Assembly (NCBI GenBank): GCA_964531985.1
Contig: CAZHFC010000007.1
Location: 21,194-85,193, forward strand
Direction: 5' to 3'
Source: an uncultured Bacteroidales bacterium
Lineage (GTDB): Bacteria > Bacteroidota > Bacteroidia > Bacteroidales > B18-G4
Length of the DNA: 64,000 bases
The translations under genes and the position numbers were made by a program. Positions within the stretch are counted from its first letter, which is position 1, and the number at the start of each line of letters is the position of its first letter. Positions 47,053 through 56,348 of this stretch are shown piece by piece. Below the pieces are notes generated by a model that was given only the letters and a program-made list of their open reading frames with translations, was not told where the DNA came from and did not search any database.

Positions 47053-48408
47053 CTATACGAATCCCTGTGCCATCATGGCATCGGCCACTTTAACAAACCC
47101 GCCGATGTTGGCTCCTGTAACATAGTCGATGTAGTCGCCTTCTTTGGGGCCGTACTTCACACAGGTAGCATGAATGTCTTTCATGATCTGGTGCAGCCGT
47201 GCATCCACTTCTTCCCTTGTCCAGGAAAGCCTGAGCGAGTTCTGGCTCATTTCCAGTCCGGATGTTGCAACACCGCCTGCATTGGCAGCCTTACCGGGTC
47301 CATAAAGGATTTTGGTATTCTGGTATACTTCGATGGCGCCCGGAGTGGATGGCATGTTGGCACCTTCCGACACCAGGAAGCAACCGTTTGAGATCAGTGT
47401 TTTTGCATCGTCTTCGTCGATCTCGTTCTGTGTAGCACTGGGCAGGGCCACATCGCATTTGATGCCCCAGGGGCGTTTCCCTTCATAGTACTCGCAACCG
47501 TACTTTTCGGCATATTCCTTGATGCGTCCGCGCTTTACGTTCTTGAGCTGCATAACGTAAGCCAGTTTCTCTTCATCAATGCCATTGGGATCATAAATGA
47601 ATCCCGCCGAATCGGAAAGCGTAACCACTTTGGCTCCCAGCATGGTGGCCTTCTGAGTGGCAAACTGGGCCACGTTGCCCGACCCCGATACCGTACAGAT
47701 CTTTCCCTTCATGCTGTCGCCGCGCACATTGAGCATTTCCTCGGCAAAGTATACCTGTCCGTAACCGGTAGCTTCGGGACGGATGAGGCTGCCTCCCCAT
47801 TCAATGCCCTTGCCGGTGAGTACGCCGGTAAATTCATTTTTTAACCTCTTGTATTGCCCGAAAAGATAGCCGATCTCGCGACCGCCCACCCCGATGTCGC
47901 CGGCAGGTACGTCGGTGTTGGGACCAATGTGGCGGAAGAGTTCGGTCATGAAGCTCTGGCAAAACGACATCACCTCGCTGTCGGATTTTCCTTTGGGATC
48001 GAAATCAGATCCCCCCTTGCCACCGCCCATGGGCAGGGTGGTGAGGCTGTTCTTGAAAACCTGTTCGTAAGCAAGGAATTTCAAAATGCCCAGGTTCACC
48101 GTGGGGTGGAAACGCAGGCCGCCCTTGTAAGGGCCGATCGCACTGTTCATCTCAATGCGGTAACCCTTGTTGATCTGTATTTCACCTTTGTCGTCTTTCC
48201 ACGGAACCCTGAAAAGGATTACGCGCTCAGGCTCGGCAAGCCTTTCAAGGATCTTGGCTGCCTTGTATTTGGGGTTTTCCTCAACATAGGGGATAATGGT
48301 CGAAACCACCTCCTCAACAGCCTGGTGAAATTCAACTTCGCCGGGATTCCTGGCAATAATCCTGGCCATGAAATCCTTTAATAAAGAATCATAAGCGGTG
48401 TTTGTCAT
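47053..48408 (-). CDS. gdhA: NADP-specific glutamate dehydrogenase
   Basis: FRVPWKDDKGEIQINKGYRIEMNSAIGPYKGGLRFHP and LPMGGGKGGSDFDPKGKS Glu/Leu/Phe/Val dehydrogenase signatures. 451 aa. Confidence 0.92.
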   Translation of the reverse strand: MTNTAYDSLLKDFMARIIARNPGEVEFHQAVEEVVSTIIPYVEENPKYKAAKILERLAEPERVILFRVPWKDDKGEIQINKGYRIEMNSAIGPYKGGLRFHPTVNLGILKFLAYEQVFKNSLTTLPMGGGKGGSDFDPKGKSDSEVMSFCQSFMTELFRHIGPNTDVPAGDIGVGGREIGYLFGQYKRLKNEFTGVLTGKGIEWGGSLIRPEATGYGQVYFAEEMLNVRGDSMKGKICTVSGSGNVAQFATQKATMLGAKVVTLSDSAGFIYDPNGIDEEKLAYVMQLKNVKRGRIKEYAEKYGCEYYEGKRPWGIKCDVALPSATQNEIDEDDAKTLISNGCFLVSEGANMPSTPGAIEVYQNTKILYGPGKAANAGGVATSGLEMSQNSLRLSWTREEVDARLHQIMKDIHATCVKYGPKEGDYIDYVTGANIGGFVKVADAMMAQGFV

Positions 48409-48442
48409 AATAAATATTTGTTGGTTGGTAAAAAAACGGTTT

Positions 48443-48460
48443 TTGTGAAAACGTTCACAA
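48443..48460. promoter_or_regulatory. CRP/FNR-family-type palindrome TTGTGAA-N4-TTCACAA (contains TGTGA-N6-TCACA)
   Basis: Perfect 7-bp inverted repeat in the gdhA / PPDK_N-gene divergent intergenic region. Its centre is about 43 nt upstream of the gdhA ATG. Confidence 0.4.
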
Positions 48461-48592
48461 TATTAAATAAAAAAAATTAAGTATTGCAAGAATTCGATAT
48501 TATTTTGATTCTAAATTGTTATTGCGGCCCTGATGCCTGTAATAAGCGAAATGATTACCTTTACCATCATTTATCATTAGCCCGTATCAGAT

Positions 48593-51500
48593 ATGGAGGG
48601 AAGCAAGAAATCACCAAAAGACCTGCAAAAACTTGAATTCGAAGTACGTGAGCGGCTGAAGGAACTGGCTGCCATCAACCAGACCACGCAAATTCTTCGC
48701 GAAGGAAAAAGCATCGAGGAAACCCTGCACCGCCTGGTCGATATCCTGCCCCCGGCCTGGCAATACCCCGATTATACGGTTGCCAGGATAAAATTTGGCG
48801 AAATGGAGTTTGCAAGCCATGATTTTATGCCCAGCAGCTGGATGCAGAAGCAAAGTTTTGAGACCATCGATGGTTTGCAGGGCTGCGTGGAAGTATTTTA
48901 CCTGAGGGAATTTCCCGAACTTGACGAGGGGCCCTTCCTGAGAGAGGAACGTCACCTGATCGATAACATCGCCGGCCTGATCGAAGGCTACCTGAACAGT
49001 GTAAAGGGAAAAACACTTTTGCGAAGGGAAAGGCCGCTCATCACAGGGGTGGATGCGGGGGCGGAAAAAGAGAAGGAAGCGGGCCACAGCCGGCAATTGC
49101 TGCAGAAATTCCTGAACAAAAGCAATTACGACCGCGACATATACCACGATCTGATGCCATTCAAGGTTAAGGAGATCCTGCTTGTGGCCAACCTCTATGA
49201 TGCATACAGTATAGAAAAAGAGGGTCGCTTTTCGGAACATGTGCTGGGCGAATATCATCAGTTGAACCTTACCTCCATCCCCCGTATTACGGGAGTTTCA
49301 AACGAAAAGGAAGCCATGGCGCAATTGCACAGCAAGCATTTCGACCTGGTCATCCTGATGATGGGGGCCGATAAAAAATCACCCATCGGGCTGAGCTGCA
49401 TGATCAAGAACGAATTCCCTTATATTCCGGTTTTTCTGCTGCTGAACAACAACAGCGATATGGAATATGTGGCAGGGCACAAGGCTTCGGTAAAGCACAT
49501 CGACAAGGTTTTCGTATGGAATGGGGAATCACAGGTGTTCTTTGCCATGATCAAGCATGTGGAAGACATGATCAACGCCGAGAACGACACGCGTGTTGGC
49601 ATGGTCAGGGTGATATTGCTGGTGGAGGACTCGCCCCAGTATTATTCGCGCTACCTGCCCATGCTCTATAATACCGTTCTTGAACAAACCAAAAGGATCA
49701 TCGACGATGTGAGCACCGACGACCTGTACAAGGTGCTGAAACTTCGTGCCAGGCCCAAGATACTCCTGGCTTCCGACTTTGAGCAGGCTACCGGCATCAT
49801 CGATAAGTACGGCGAATATCTGCTGTGCCTCATCACCGATGTGAAATTTAAAAAAGAAGGCAAGGATGACGAAGAAGCAGGCTTTGAACTGGTAAAGTAT
49901 GCCCGGCAACAGATCAGGGACCTCCCCATCATCATACAGTCATCAGACGAAAATAACGCCTCAAAGGCCTATAAGTACAAATCCACTTTCATCAACAAGA
50001 ATTCTGAAAGCCTCTCTCAGGATTTCAGGAGCTTCATCACGCACTATCTCGGGTTTGGCAATTTCATCTATCGCGACGAAAAGGGGAAGATCATCAGTGT
50101 GGCCCGCTCGCTCAAGGAATTTGAGAAACAGCTCAAGACCATTCCCGATGAATCGCTCATGCACCATGCCCGCAAAGACCATTTTTCGCTATGGCTCATG
50201 GCCAGGGGCGAAATTCAGGCTGCCAAGATCCTGAACCCCTACAAGGTGACCGACTTCGAAAGTCCCGGCAGGGTCAGGGAATATTTGCTCGATATCATTT
50301 CCAAATTCAGGAATGAACAGGAAAAAGGAAAGATCATTCCATTCGAGAAGGCCGCCATTGCCGACGAATCGAATATCGTTTCCCTTTCGGAAGGCAGCCT
50401 GGGAGGCAAGGGGAGGGGCGTTGCGTTTATCAATACGCTCATCTACAATTACGAATTCAGCCAGTATATCCCGAATATCCATGTAAAATCGCCCAAGACA
50501 CTGCTCATCGGCACCGAAGAGTTCGAATATTTTATCAGGCGTAACAACCTGCTCGACCTGGTGCTGAACGAAAAAGACTACCTGAAGATCAGGAAGGCCT
50601 TTCTTCAGGCCACGCTCACGGGCACCCTCATCAAACGGTTGAAAATGGTGCTGGATGAAATAAAAAAGCCCATCGCCATCAGGTCTTCCGGCCTGTTCGA
50701 AGACTCGCTGATCCAGCCCTTTGCCGGAATTTTCGAAACTTACCTGCTTCCCAACAACCATCCCGACCCCAAAGTGCGGCTCGAACAGGCCATGGATGCC
50801 ATCAAGCTGGTATATGCCAGCGTATATTCGTCAACGGCGCGCGGGTATGTGGAAGCCATCAACTATAAGCTTGAAGAGGAAAAGATGGCCGTGGTTATCC
50901 AGGAGGTGGTAGGCAACCAATACGGCCGTTACTTTTACCCGCACATCAGCGGGGTGGCCCAATCATATAATTATTATCCTGTTTCGCATATGAAGCCTGA
51001 AGAAGGCTTCGTGGTGGCCGCCGTGGGTTTGGGAAAATATGTGGTGGAAGGGGAAAAAGCCTACCGTTTTTCGCCCAGATACCCCGAAATTGAGATCAAC
51101 AGCGCCAGGGACCAGTACAGGAACTCGCAGGTCAAATTTTTTGCCGTCGACCTCGAAAAGAAAGAACCCAACCTGCTGGAGGGTGACACGGCCGGCCTTG
51201 CCCGCCTCGACATCGATGATGCAGAAATGCACGGAACGCTCAATCACTGCGCTTCGGTATACAATCCCGATAACGACCAGATCATTCCCGGCCTGACACA
51301 TGCCGGGCCCCGTATCGTTAATTTCGCCAACATCCTTAAGTATAACTATATCCCCCTGGCCCAGACCATCGAAGTGGTCCTCGACGTGGTGAAGGAAGCC
51401 CTTGGCTCGCCTGTGGAAGTTGAGTTTGCCGTTGACCTGAACAAGGACCGCAACGGCATGGCATCCTTCTACCTGCTGCAGATCAAGCCTCTCATCGGCA

Positions 51501-52051
51501 ATGCCTCGGACTATACCATCGACCTGGCGAAGATCAAAAAGGAAAGCATTTTATTGTTTTCGGAAAAAGGCATGGGCAACGGAATCATCGAGAATATCAG
51601 TGATGTGGTTTATGTCGACCCGAAAACCTTTGATAAGGCCGAAACGGAAACCATCGCCGCAGAGATCAACCGGATCAACACAAAAATGGTGTCGGAAAAG
51701 CGCAAATATGTCCTGATCGGACCCGGCCGCTGGGGAACCCGCGACCGCTGGATCGGCATACCCGTGACCTGGCCGCAGATCTCGAACGCCGGTGTCATCA
51801 TCGAAACCAGCCTGGAAGACTATCCGCTTGATGCTTCTTCCGGATCGCACTTCTTCCACAATGTCACATCCATGAATGTCGGCTATTTCTCGGTGCAACC
51901 CGAAATGTCGGAAAGCTACATCCGCTACGACATGCTGGAGGCCGGCAAGCTGGTCGAAAAAACCGCCTTTGTCAGACATGTCAGGTTCAAAAAACCCCTG
52001 AAGGTACGCATGGACGGCAAGAAACGGATCTCGCTCATCACCCTTGAATAG
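48593..52051 (+). CDS. Multidomain regulator-like protein: N-terminal sensor-like domain, two CheY-like (receiver/pseudo-receiver) segments, and a PEP/pyruvate-binding PPDK_N (ATP-grasp) domain
   Basis: VRVILLVEDSP...CLITDVKF...IIIQSSD is receiver-like. SLGGKGRGVAFIN and IAIRSSGLFEDSLIQPFAGIFETY resemble PpsA/PPDK N-terminal nucleotide-binding motifs. I found no TSHAA-type phosphohistidine motif. Confidence 0.65.
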   Translation: MEGSKKSPKDLQKLEFEVRERLKELAAINQTTQILREGKSIEETLHRLVDILPPAWQYPDYTVARIKFGEMEFASHDFMPSSWMQKQSFETIDGLQGCVEVFYLREFPELDEGPFLREERHLIDNIAGLIEGYLNSVKGKTLLRRERPLITGVDAGAEKEKEAGHSRQLLQKFLNKSNYDRDIYHDLMPFKVKEILLVANLYDAYSIEKEGRFSEHVLGEYHQLNLTSIPRITGVSNEKEAMAQLHSKHFDLVILMMGADKKSPIGLSCMIKNEFPYIPVFLLLNNNSDMEYVAGHKASVKHIDKVFVWNGESQVFFAMIKHVEDMINAENDTRVGMVRVILLVEDSPQYYSRYLPMLYNTVLEQTKRIIDDVSTDDLYKVLKLRARPKILLASDFEQATGIIDKYGEYLLCLITDVKFKKEGKDDEEAGFELVKYARQQIRDLPIIIQSSDENNASKAYKYKSTFINKNSESLSQDFRSFITHYLGFGNFIYRDEKGKIISVARSLKEFEKQLKTIPDESLMHHARKDHFSLWLMARGEIQAAKILNPYKVTDFESPGRVREYLLDIISKFRNEQEKGKIIPFEKAAIADESNIVSLSEGSLGGKGRGVAFINTLIYNYEFSQYIPNIHVKSPKTLLIGTEEFEYFIRRNNLLDLVLNEKDYLKIRKAFLQATLTGTLIKRLKMVLDEIKKPIAIRSSGLFEDSLIQPFAGIFETYLLPNNHPDPKVRLEQAMDAIKLVYASVYSSTARGYVEAINYKLEEEKMAVVIQEVVGNQYGRYFYPHISGVAQSYNYYPVSHMKPEEGFVVAAVGLGKYVVEGEKAYRFSPRYPEIEINSARDQYRNSQVKFFAVDLEKKEPNLLEGDTAGLARLDIDDAEMHGTLNHCASVYNPDNDQIIPGLTHAGPRIVNFANILKYNYIPLAQTIEVVLDVVKEALGSPVEVEFAVDLNKDRNGMASFYLLQIKPLIGNASDYTIDLAKIKKESILLFSEKGMGNGIIENISDVVYVDPKTFDKAETETIAAEINRINTKMVSEKRKYVLIGPGRWGTRDRWIGIPVTWPQISNAGVIIETSLEDYPLDASSGSHFFHNVTSMNVGYFSVQPEMSESYIRYDMLEAGKLVEKTAFVRHVRFKKPLKVRMDGKKRISLITLE

Positions 52052-52100
52052 CATATCGGCACAATGAACATTCTGCTTTCCGGACTTGTTAAGTTGCCGG

Positions 52101-52667
52101 ATGAAGCATGCAATGATAATATCTTTTATCAGGCCGCTGGCAGTCGTTGGCCTGCTTTTGCTGTTGTTTTCCTGCCGGGATGGCAGGGAGCCTGCACAAA
52201 AAAATGCCCGGGCTCTACCGCTGAAAGTGGCCGAAGCGGATGGCATCAGCGTGCCGGTTTATGATTTTGCCTCCATCAGCCCCCTTTTCGATGAACAGGG
52301 CGATACACTCTTCATTTTTAATTTCTGGGCTACCTGGTGCAAACCCTGTGTAAAGGAATTGCCTTATTTTGAGCGGGCAGCCAAACATTTTTACGGGGAA
52401 CCCGTGAAGATTACCCTGGTCAGCCTCGACTTTTCGGAGAACATTGAAGAGGTGCTGATCCCTTTCATGCTTGCAAATGGGCTGAAACTGGAAGTGGTCA
52501 ACCTTGACGACCCCGACGCCAATGCCTGGATACCCAAAGTCAGCAGTGAGTGGGATGGTGCCATCCCCGCAACCCTTTTCATGCGAAAGGGTGAAAAGAC
52601 CTTCTTTGCGCATGCCTTCACCTATGAGGAACTGATTGATGAAATTGAAAAACAACTTAAACGATAA
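52101..52667 (+). CDS. TlpA-like thiol:disulfide oxidoreductase lipoprotein (thioredoxin fold)
   Basis: Lipobox MKHAMIISFIRPLAVVGLLLLLFSC. Active site FNFWATWCKPCVKELP (WCxxC). Confidence 0.75.
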   Translation: MKHAMIISFIRPLAVVGLLLLLFSCRDGREPAQKNARALPLKVAEADGISVPVYDFASISPLFDEQGDTLFIFNFWATWCKPCVKELPYFERAAKHFYGEPVKITLVSLDFSENIEEVLIPFMLANGLKLEVVNLDDPDANAWIPKVSSEWDGAIPATLFMRKGEKTFFAHAFTYEELIDEIEKQLKR

Positions 52668-52671
52668 AACA

Positions 52672-53274
52672 ATGAAAAAAACAAGTCTGACCATCATCGC
52701 GCTGCTTATGTCAGTGGCATATGTTATTGCCGGCGGATACCGGCCGGGCGACAAAGCCGCCGGCTTTTCGCTGAAAAACGTGGACGGAACCATGGTTTCC
52801 ATGTCCGATTATGAAGATGTCAAAGGATTTATCCTGATATTTACCTGCAATCACTGCCCCTATTCGGTAAAATATGAAGACCGAATCATCGCCCTCGACA
52901 AAAAATACAAGGAACAGGGTTACCCGGTAATTGCCATTAACCCGAACGATCCGGCCAAACAGCCCGAGGACAGCTTTCCGCTGATGCAGGAGCGGGCACG
53001 CAACAAGGGTTTTACTTTTCCTTACCTCTTTGATGAAAGCCAGGAAACAGCGCGTACATACGGTGCAACACGCACGCCCCATGTATTTCTTCTGCAAAAG
53101 GATGAAGGTGATCTACTGGTAAAATACATCGGTGCCATCGACAACAATGTGAAAAGCGAGCAGCTTGCCGATATAAAATATGTTGAAGATGCCATTGCTG
53201 CCCTGGCTGAGGGCAGGGATCCCGATCCCGCCTTTACGACTGCAGTTGGCTGCACCATCAAGTGGAAGGATTAA
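52672..53274 (+). CDS. Thioredoxin-fold redoxin (AhpC/TSA-like) protein, secreted
   Basis: Signal MKKTSLTIIALLMSVAYVIA. FTCNHCPYS CxxC-type site. ARTYGATRTPHVFLL is typical of this redoxin family. Confidence 0.75.
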   Translation: MKKTSLTIIALLMSVAYVIAGGYRPGDKAAGFSLKNVDGTMVSMSDYEDVKGFILIFTCNHCPYSVKYEDRIIALDKKYKEQGYPVIAINPNDPAKQPEDSFPLMQERARNKGFTFPYLFDESQETARTYGATRTPHVFLLQKDEGDLLVKYIGAIDNNVKSEQLADIKYVEDAIAALAEGRDPDPAFTTAVGCTIKWKD

Positions 53275-53415
53275 ACGGGGAGTGTTCAATCCCGTGTGTC
53301 CGGTGCAGTTAAAGAGGAAAAGAATAACCAGGCTGAACATTTGGATCGCCGGATGCGGAATCCTGCCTGAGAATTTTCCCGCCCCCTTCCGATCTCTCCC
53401 AAAAGGGGAGGCCGA

Positions 53416-53436
53416 TATGATTGCGCGATTGAACGA
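53416..53436 (+). repeat. Left copy of a 21-nt direct repeat TATGATTGCGCGATTGAACGA (octamer-periodic GATTGNNC units)
   Basis: Identical 21-mer at 55081-55101. Looser homology continues for about 25 nt (GAAATTCAAAAATGG versus GATAATCAAAATCTGG). Confidence 0.75.
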
Positions 53437-53871
53437 AATTCAAAAATGGTCATCCCGATGGAGCGAAGCGAGGAGGGATGGTTTAAGGAGCCGGGTGGTG
53501 GCCCCGGGGGAAAGGGGCTGTAAGGCCGCTGGCTGGTCTGTACGCCTTCTTTCAACCAATAAGCACAAAAATCATGAAAGACTTTACAGAACCCTGAACC
53601 TGTTTATCTCCGAAAAATTAAAAAGCCTTCGTTAAGTGCATGGATCGTTATAGGATGGATGCGCAGCACAGAAGCTGTCGGGATGTGGTTCAATAACAAC
53701 TCCTTGCCCGGTTCCAGGAGTTTCATCGGGTTTACAGACCGCCCGGCTTTCCGTTTTTTGCGCATCATTGCTTTATTATCTCCATTATATCAGTCAATTA
53801 ATAATCTAATTGAAAAATATTTCCGTTTTTTTGTAATAAATTCCAATCAAGGAATACTTTATTAGAAACAG

Positions 53872-54387
53872 ATGTCAGGAAATATGAAAGCATTGAAAGA
53901 AGAATTCCTTGAAATACTTGCAAATTATCAAGGAATACTGCACAAAGTCAGCCTGGTTTACTTTAAAAATAAAATTGACCGGGAAGATAATATTCAGGAA
54001 ATCATATATCAGCTCTGGAAGTCGTACCCAACACTTAAAAACCGTAACAGCATTGGTTCATGGATTTATGCAGTATCAATAAATACATCTTTATCAAGGA
54101 TCAAAAAAGAGTTGCGGGTAGAATACAGGGAGGCAATACCCGAATTATCTGATAAATCAGATTTTATTGAGAATCTATCAATGAATGAATCATTAAACCT
54201 GCTTTTGAATGCAATATATCATCTTGATGAGCTTGACAAATCAATCATGCTGCTTTATCTGGAAGAAAAAAGCTATGATGAAATTGCCGGGATTATTGGT
54301 ATATCAAAGTCGAATGTGGGTGTTAGAATCAATCGGGCAAAAGAAACGTTAAAACATACCTTTAAAGTACAAAGCCATGGAAAATAA
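53872..54387 (+). CDS. ECF-subfamily RNA polymerase sigma-70 factor
   Basis: Region 2 EDNIQEIIYQLWKSY...WIYAVSIN. Region 4 SYDEIAGIIGISKSNVGVRINRAKETLK. 171 aa, in an AT-rich context. Confidence 0.85.
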   Translation: MSGNMKALKEEFLEILANYQGILHKVSLVYFKNKIDREDNIQEIIYQLWKSYPTLKNRNSIGSWIYAVSINTSLSRIKKELRVEYREAIPELSDKSDFIENLSMNESLNLLLNAIYHLDELDKSIMLLYLEEKSYDEIAGIIGISKSNVGVRINRAKETLKHTFKVQSHGK

Positions 54388-55006
54388 TGAATTACAATTA
54401 ATATGGAGAACCGTGAACGCCGATATTAAACAAAAATCCAGGGATGAACTAAACCTGTTGTTGACATCAAAGGCCAGGCAGGTATTTGCCGAATTTTTGA
54501 TCTTTAATATTACTGCTATTCCGGTTTGTATAGGGTTAATGGTTTGGCTGATCATTTCTACGGCAAATAGTATAGACGATAAACTATATGTTGCAAACAA
54601 TGTCTTGCTGGGGTCAATCGGGTTATTCACCTTATTTCACGTAATCCGGGGATGGCATCGGTATAAACGGAGCAAAATGGACAAACCAGTCAAAGAGTGG
54701 CTGGGAATAGAAATCGACCTGTTGTCTAAATGGATAATTGGTAAATACAAAAGAATTGACCTTTATCTAATCCCCATATTATTTATCCTTTCTTTTCTAT
54801 CAATTCACGTATACCATTCAGACCTTTATTTAATTGAAGTGTTTCGCTCGGATAAATTCATAAGTGAAGATATGTGGGGGTTAATAATTTTCACACCGAT
54901 AATCTTTGCTGCTTCTTTTTATGGTTTGATAAAACTCCGCAAGTATCAGGTGAAAAAACTGCAATTTCTCAAAGATCTGTATGGTCGCATTTGTCAGGTA
55001 TGCTAA
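54377..55006 (+). CDS. Membrane protein, probable cognate anti-sigma/partner of the ECF sigma
   Basis: Overlaps the sigma gene by 11 nt. Four hydrophobic helices. No recognisable anti-sigma zinc motif, so the role is inferred from position only. Confidence 0.45.
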   Translation: MENNELQLIWRTVNADIKQKSRDELNLLLTSKARQVFAEFLIFNITAIPVCIGLMVWLIISTANSIDDKLYVANNVLLGSIGLFTLFHVIRGWHRYKRSKMDKPVKEWLGIEIDLLSKWIIGKYKRIDLYLIPILFILSFLSIHVYHSDLYLIEVFRSDKFISEDMWGLIIFTPIIFAASFYGLIKLRKYQVKKLQFLKDLYGRICQVC

Positions 55007-55080
55007 GGGTATCACGGCATGGCACGGGCCTGAACAAGCAGAAGCCCGGGCCTGCCCGCTTGCTGCGGCCATCATCCCGG

Positions 55081-55101
55081 TATGATTGCGCGATTGAACG
55101 A
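55081..55101 (+). repeat. Right copy of the 21-nt direct repeat, with one extra GATTGAGC octamer unit
   Basis: TATGATTGCGCGATTGAACGA followed by TTGAGCGAT, giving GATTGCGC-GATTGAAC-GATTGAGC-GAT. Confidence 0.75.
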
Positions 55102-55196
55102 TTGAGCGATAATCAAAATCTGGAGGAAACTTGTTTTGTTTGTGAAGAGAGGTTAGAGGGGGTGAGCCATGGCATATCCCGCTTGTTGGAAAAGCA

Positions 55197-55223
55197 CCGG
55201 CGGATGAAAATGCCGGTTTTTTT
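55197..55223 (+). terminator. Weak candidate rho-independent terminator downstream of the sigma/membrane-protein pair
   Basis: CCGGC (55197-55201) pairs with GCCGG (55212-55216), 10-nt loop, followed by T7 (55217-55223). The stem is short and lies 190 nt from the stop. Confidence 0.35.
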
Positions 55224-55385
55224 CCTTGCCTGGTCTGCTTTTGTTAACTGCACCGATCAGCTATTCAGGCCGGTGTTTGCCTTCAGATGGTTTATCATGC
55301 CCAACTATATAGAGATGCAACTTTTCTGTTGTTGCCTTGAACCGGCTTTTTACCGGTTTATCAGAAGATCCCTCCTGATCCTGTT

Positions 55386-56342
55386 TTATTCCTTCAGTGA
55401 GAGCGTAAAAGAACGGGCATGTGCATGGAGGGGAATCGTGTCCCCGATCGCATATGTGTCAATATAAGCTTTTCCGTTTTTGGCAATTGTCATAACACGG
55501 AACATTGGCGTGTGGTTTGTTTCATCGGGAATTTTGGTGCGTTCCAGGGCGGGAATATGAAGATATTGGACATGGTCAATTTTTTTGGAGTGGTTTACCC
55601 GGTCCATATCCATGTGAAGATCGCCTGAAACAACCACGGCAAGATTGTTTTGTGAAATCACCTTTTCTCTGAACAGTTCGTTACTGATGCCTTTATCAGG
55701 GTTTTCGGGGTATACGCCCTGTTGGGCCCCGTGTACAACCAGCACCACCGGTTTGGGAGCGAGCCGTTGCAGTTGTTCAAGAATCCACCTGGCACCGCTG
55801 TCGTCGAAATCCCGGCTATAATCAGGCGAAGCACATATAAAGGCGATCTGGTCATATTCCAGTACATACTTTGTGCTTTCAATCTGGCTGTTCCATTGTC
55901 GGGCATAGTACAGATACCGTTCTACTGTACTGCCATGCTCCTCGTTGCCCATTATTGGATAAAACGGTAACGAAAGTTTTTGTAAAACCCGGGTTGCAGC
56001 TTCGTACTGGATTTCAGTTCCTTTATGCGCTATGTCGCCAACACCGATAACAAGATCGATATGCTTTGACCGGGCAAGGGCGTTGATCTGTTCAACAGCC
56101 GCATCCATATGAGGGAATTCAGCCAATGGCTTGGGTTCAGCATCGCCCAGAAAGGCTACGCGAAGAAGCGTGGTATCATTTTCGGCATGCACTCCGGTAA
56201 GGTTAAACACGGATGCCTCCGGATGATTTGCTTCTGATTTTGTGCCGGTATTGCCGGCGGACCCGCTTTTACCGGGGTTTCCCTGACATCCTGCCAATAC
56301 GATGGCGAGAAGAATAAATGAAAGTTTCAAAAATCGTGTCAT
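55386..56342 (-). CDS. Calcineurin-like metallophosphoesterase lipoprotein
   Basis: Lipobox MTRFLKLSFILLAIVLAGCQG. Metallophosphoesterase motifs FLGDAEP, GVGDIAHKG, MGNEEH, VVHG, GDLH. Confidence 0.8.
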   Translation of the reverse strand: MTRFLKLSFILLAIVLAGCQGNPGKSGSAGNTGTKSEANHPEASVFNLTGVHAENDTTLLRVAFLGDAEPKPLAEFPHMDAAVEQINALARSKHIDLVIGVGDIAHKGTEIQYEAATRVLQKLSLPFYPIMGNEEHGSTVERYLYYARQWNSQIESTKYVLEYDQIAFICASPDYSRDFDDSGARWILEQLQRLAPKPVVLVVHGAQQGVYPENPDKGISNELFREKVISQNNLAVVVSGDLHMDMDRVNHSKKIDHVQYLHIPALERTKIPDETNHTPMFRVMTIAKNGKAYIDTYAIGDTIPLHAHARSFTLSLKE

Positions 56343-56348
56343 AGTTTT

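Noticed and set aside
53180-53635. 151-aa plus-strand ORF spanning the redoxin 3' end and the noncoding stretch
   Set aside because: It overlaps a well-supported gene out of frame, and the remainder is low-complexity Arg/Pro/Gly sequence built from the repeat motifs.
54874-55467. 197-aa plus-strand ORF running across the anti-sigma 3' end, the intergenic repeat and into the phosphoesterase gene
   Set aside because: It crosses two better-supported genes, contains the octamer repeat, and has no motif or sensible start context.
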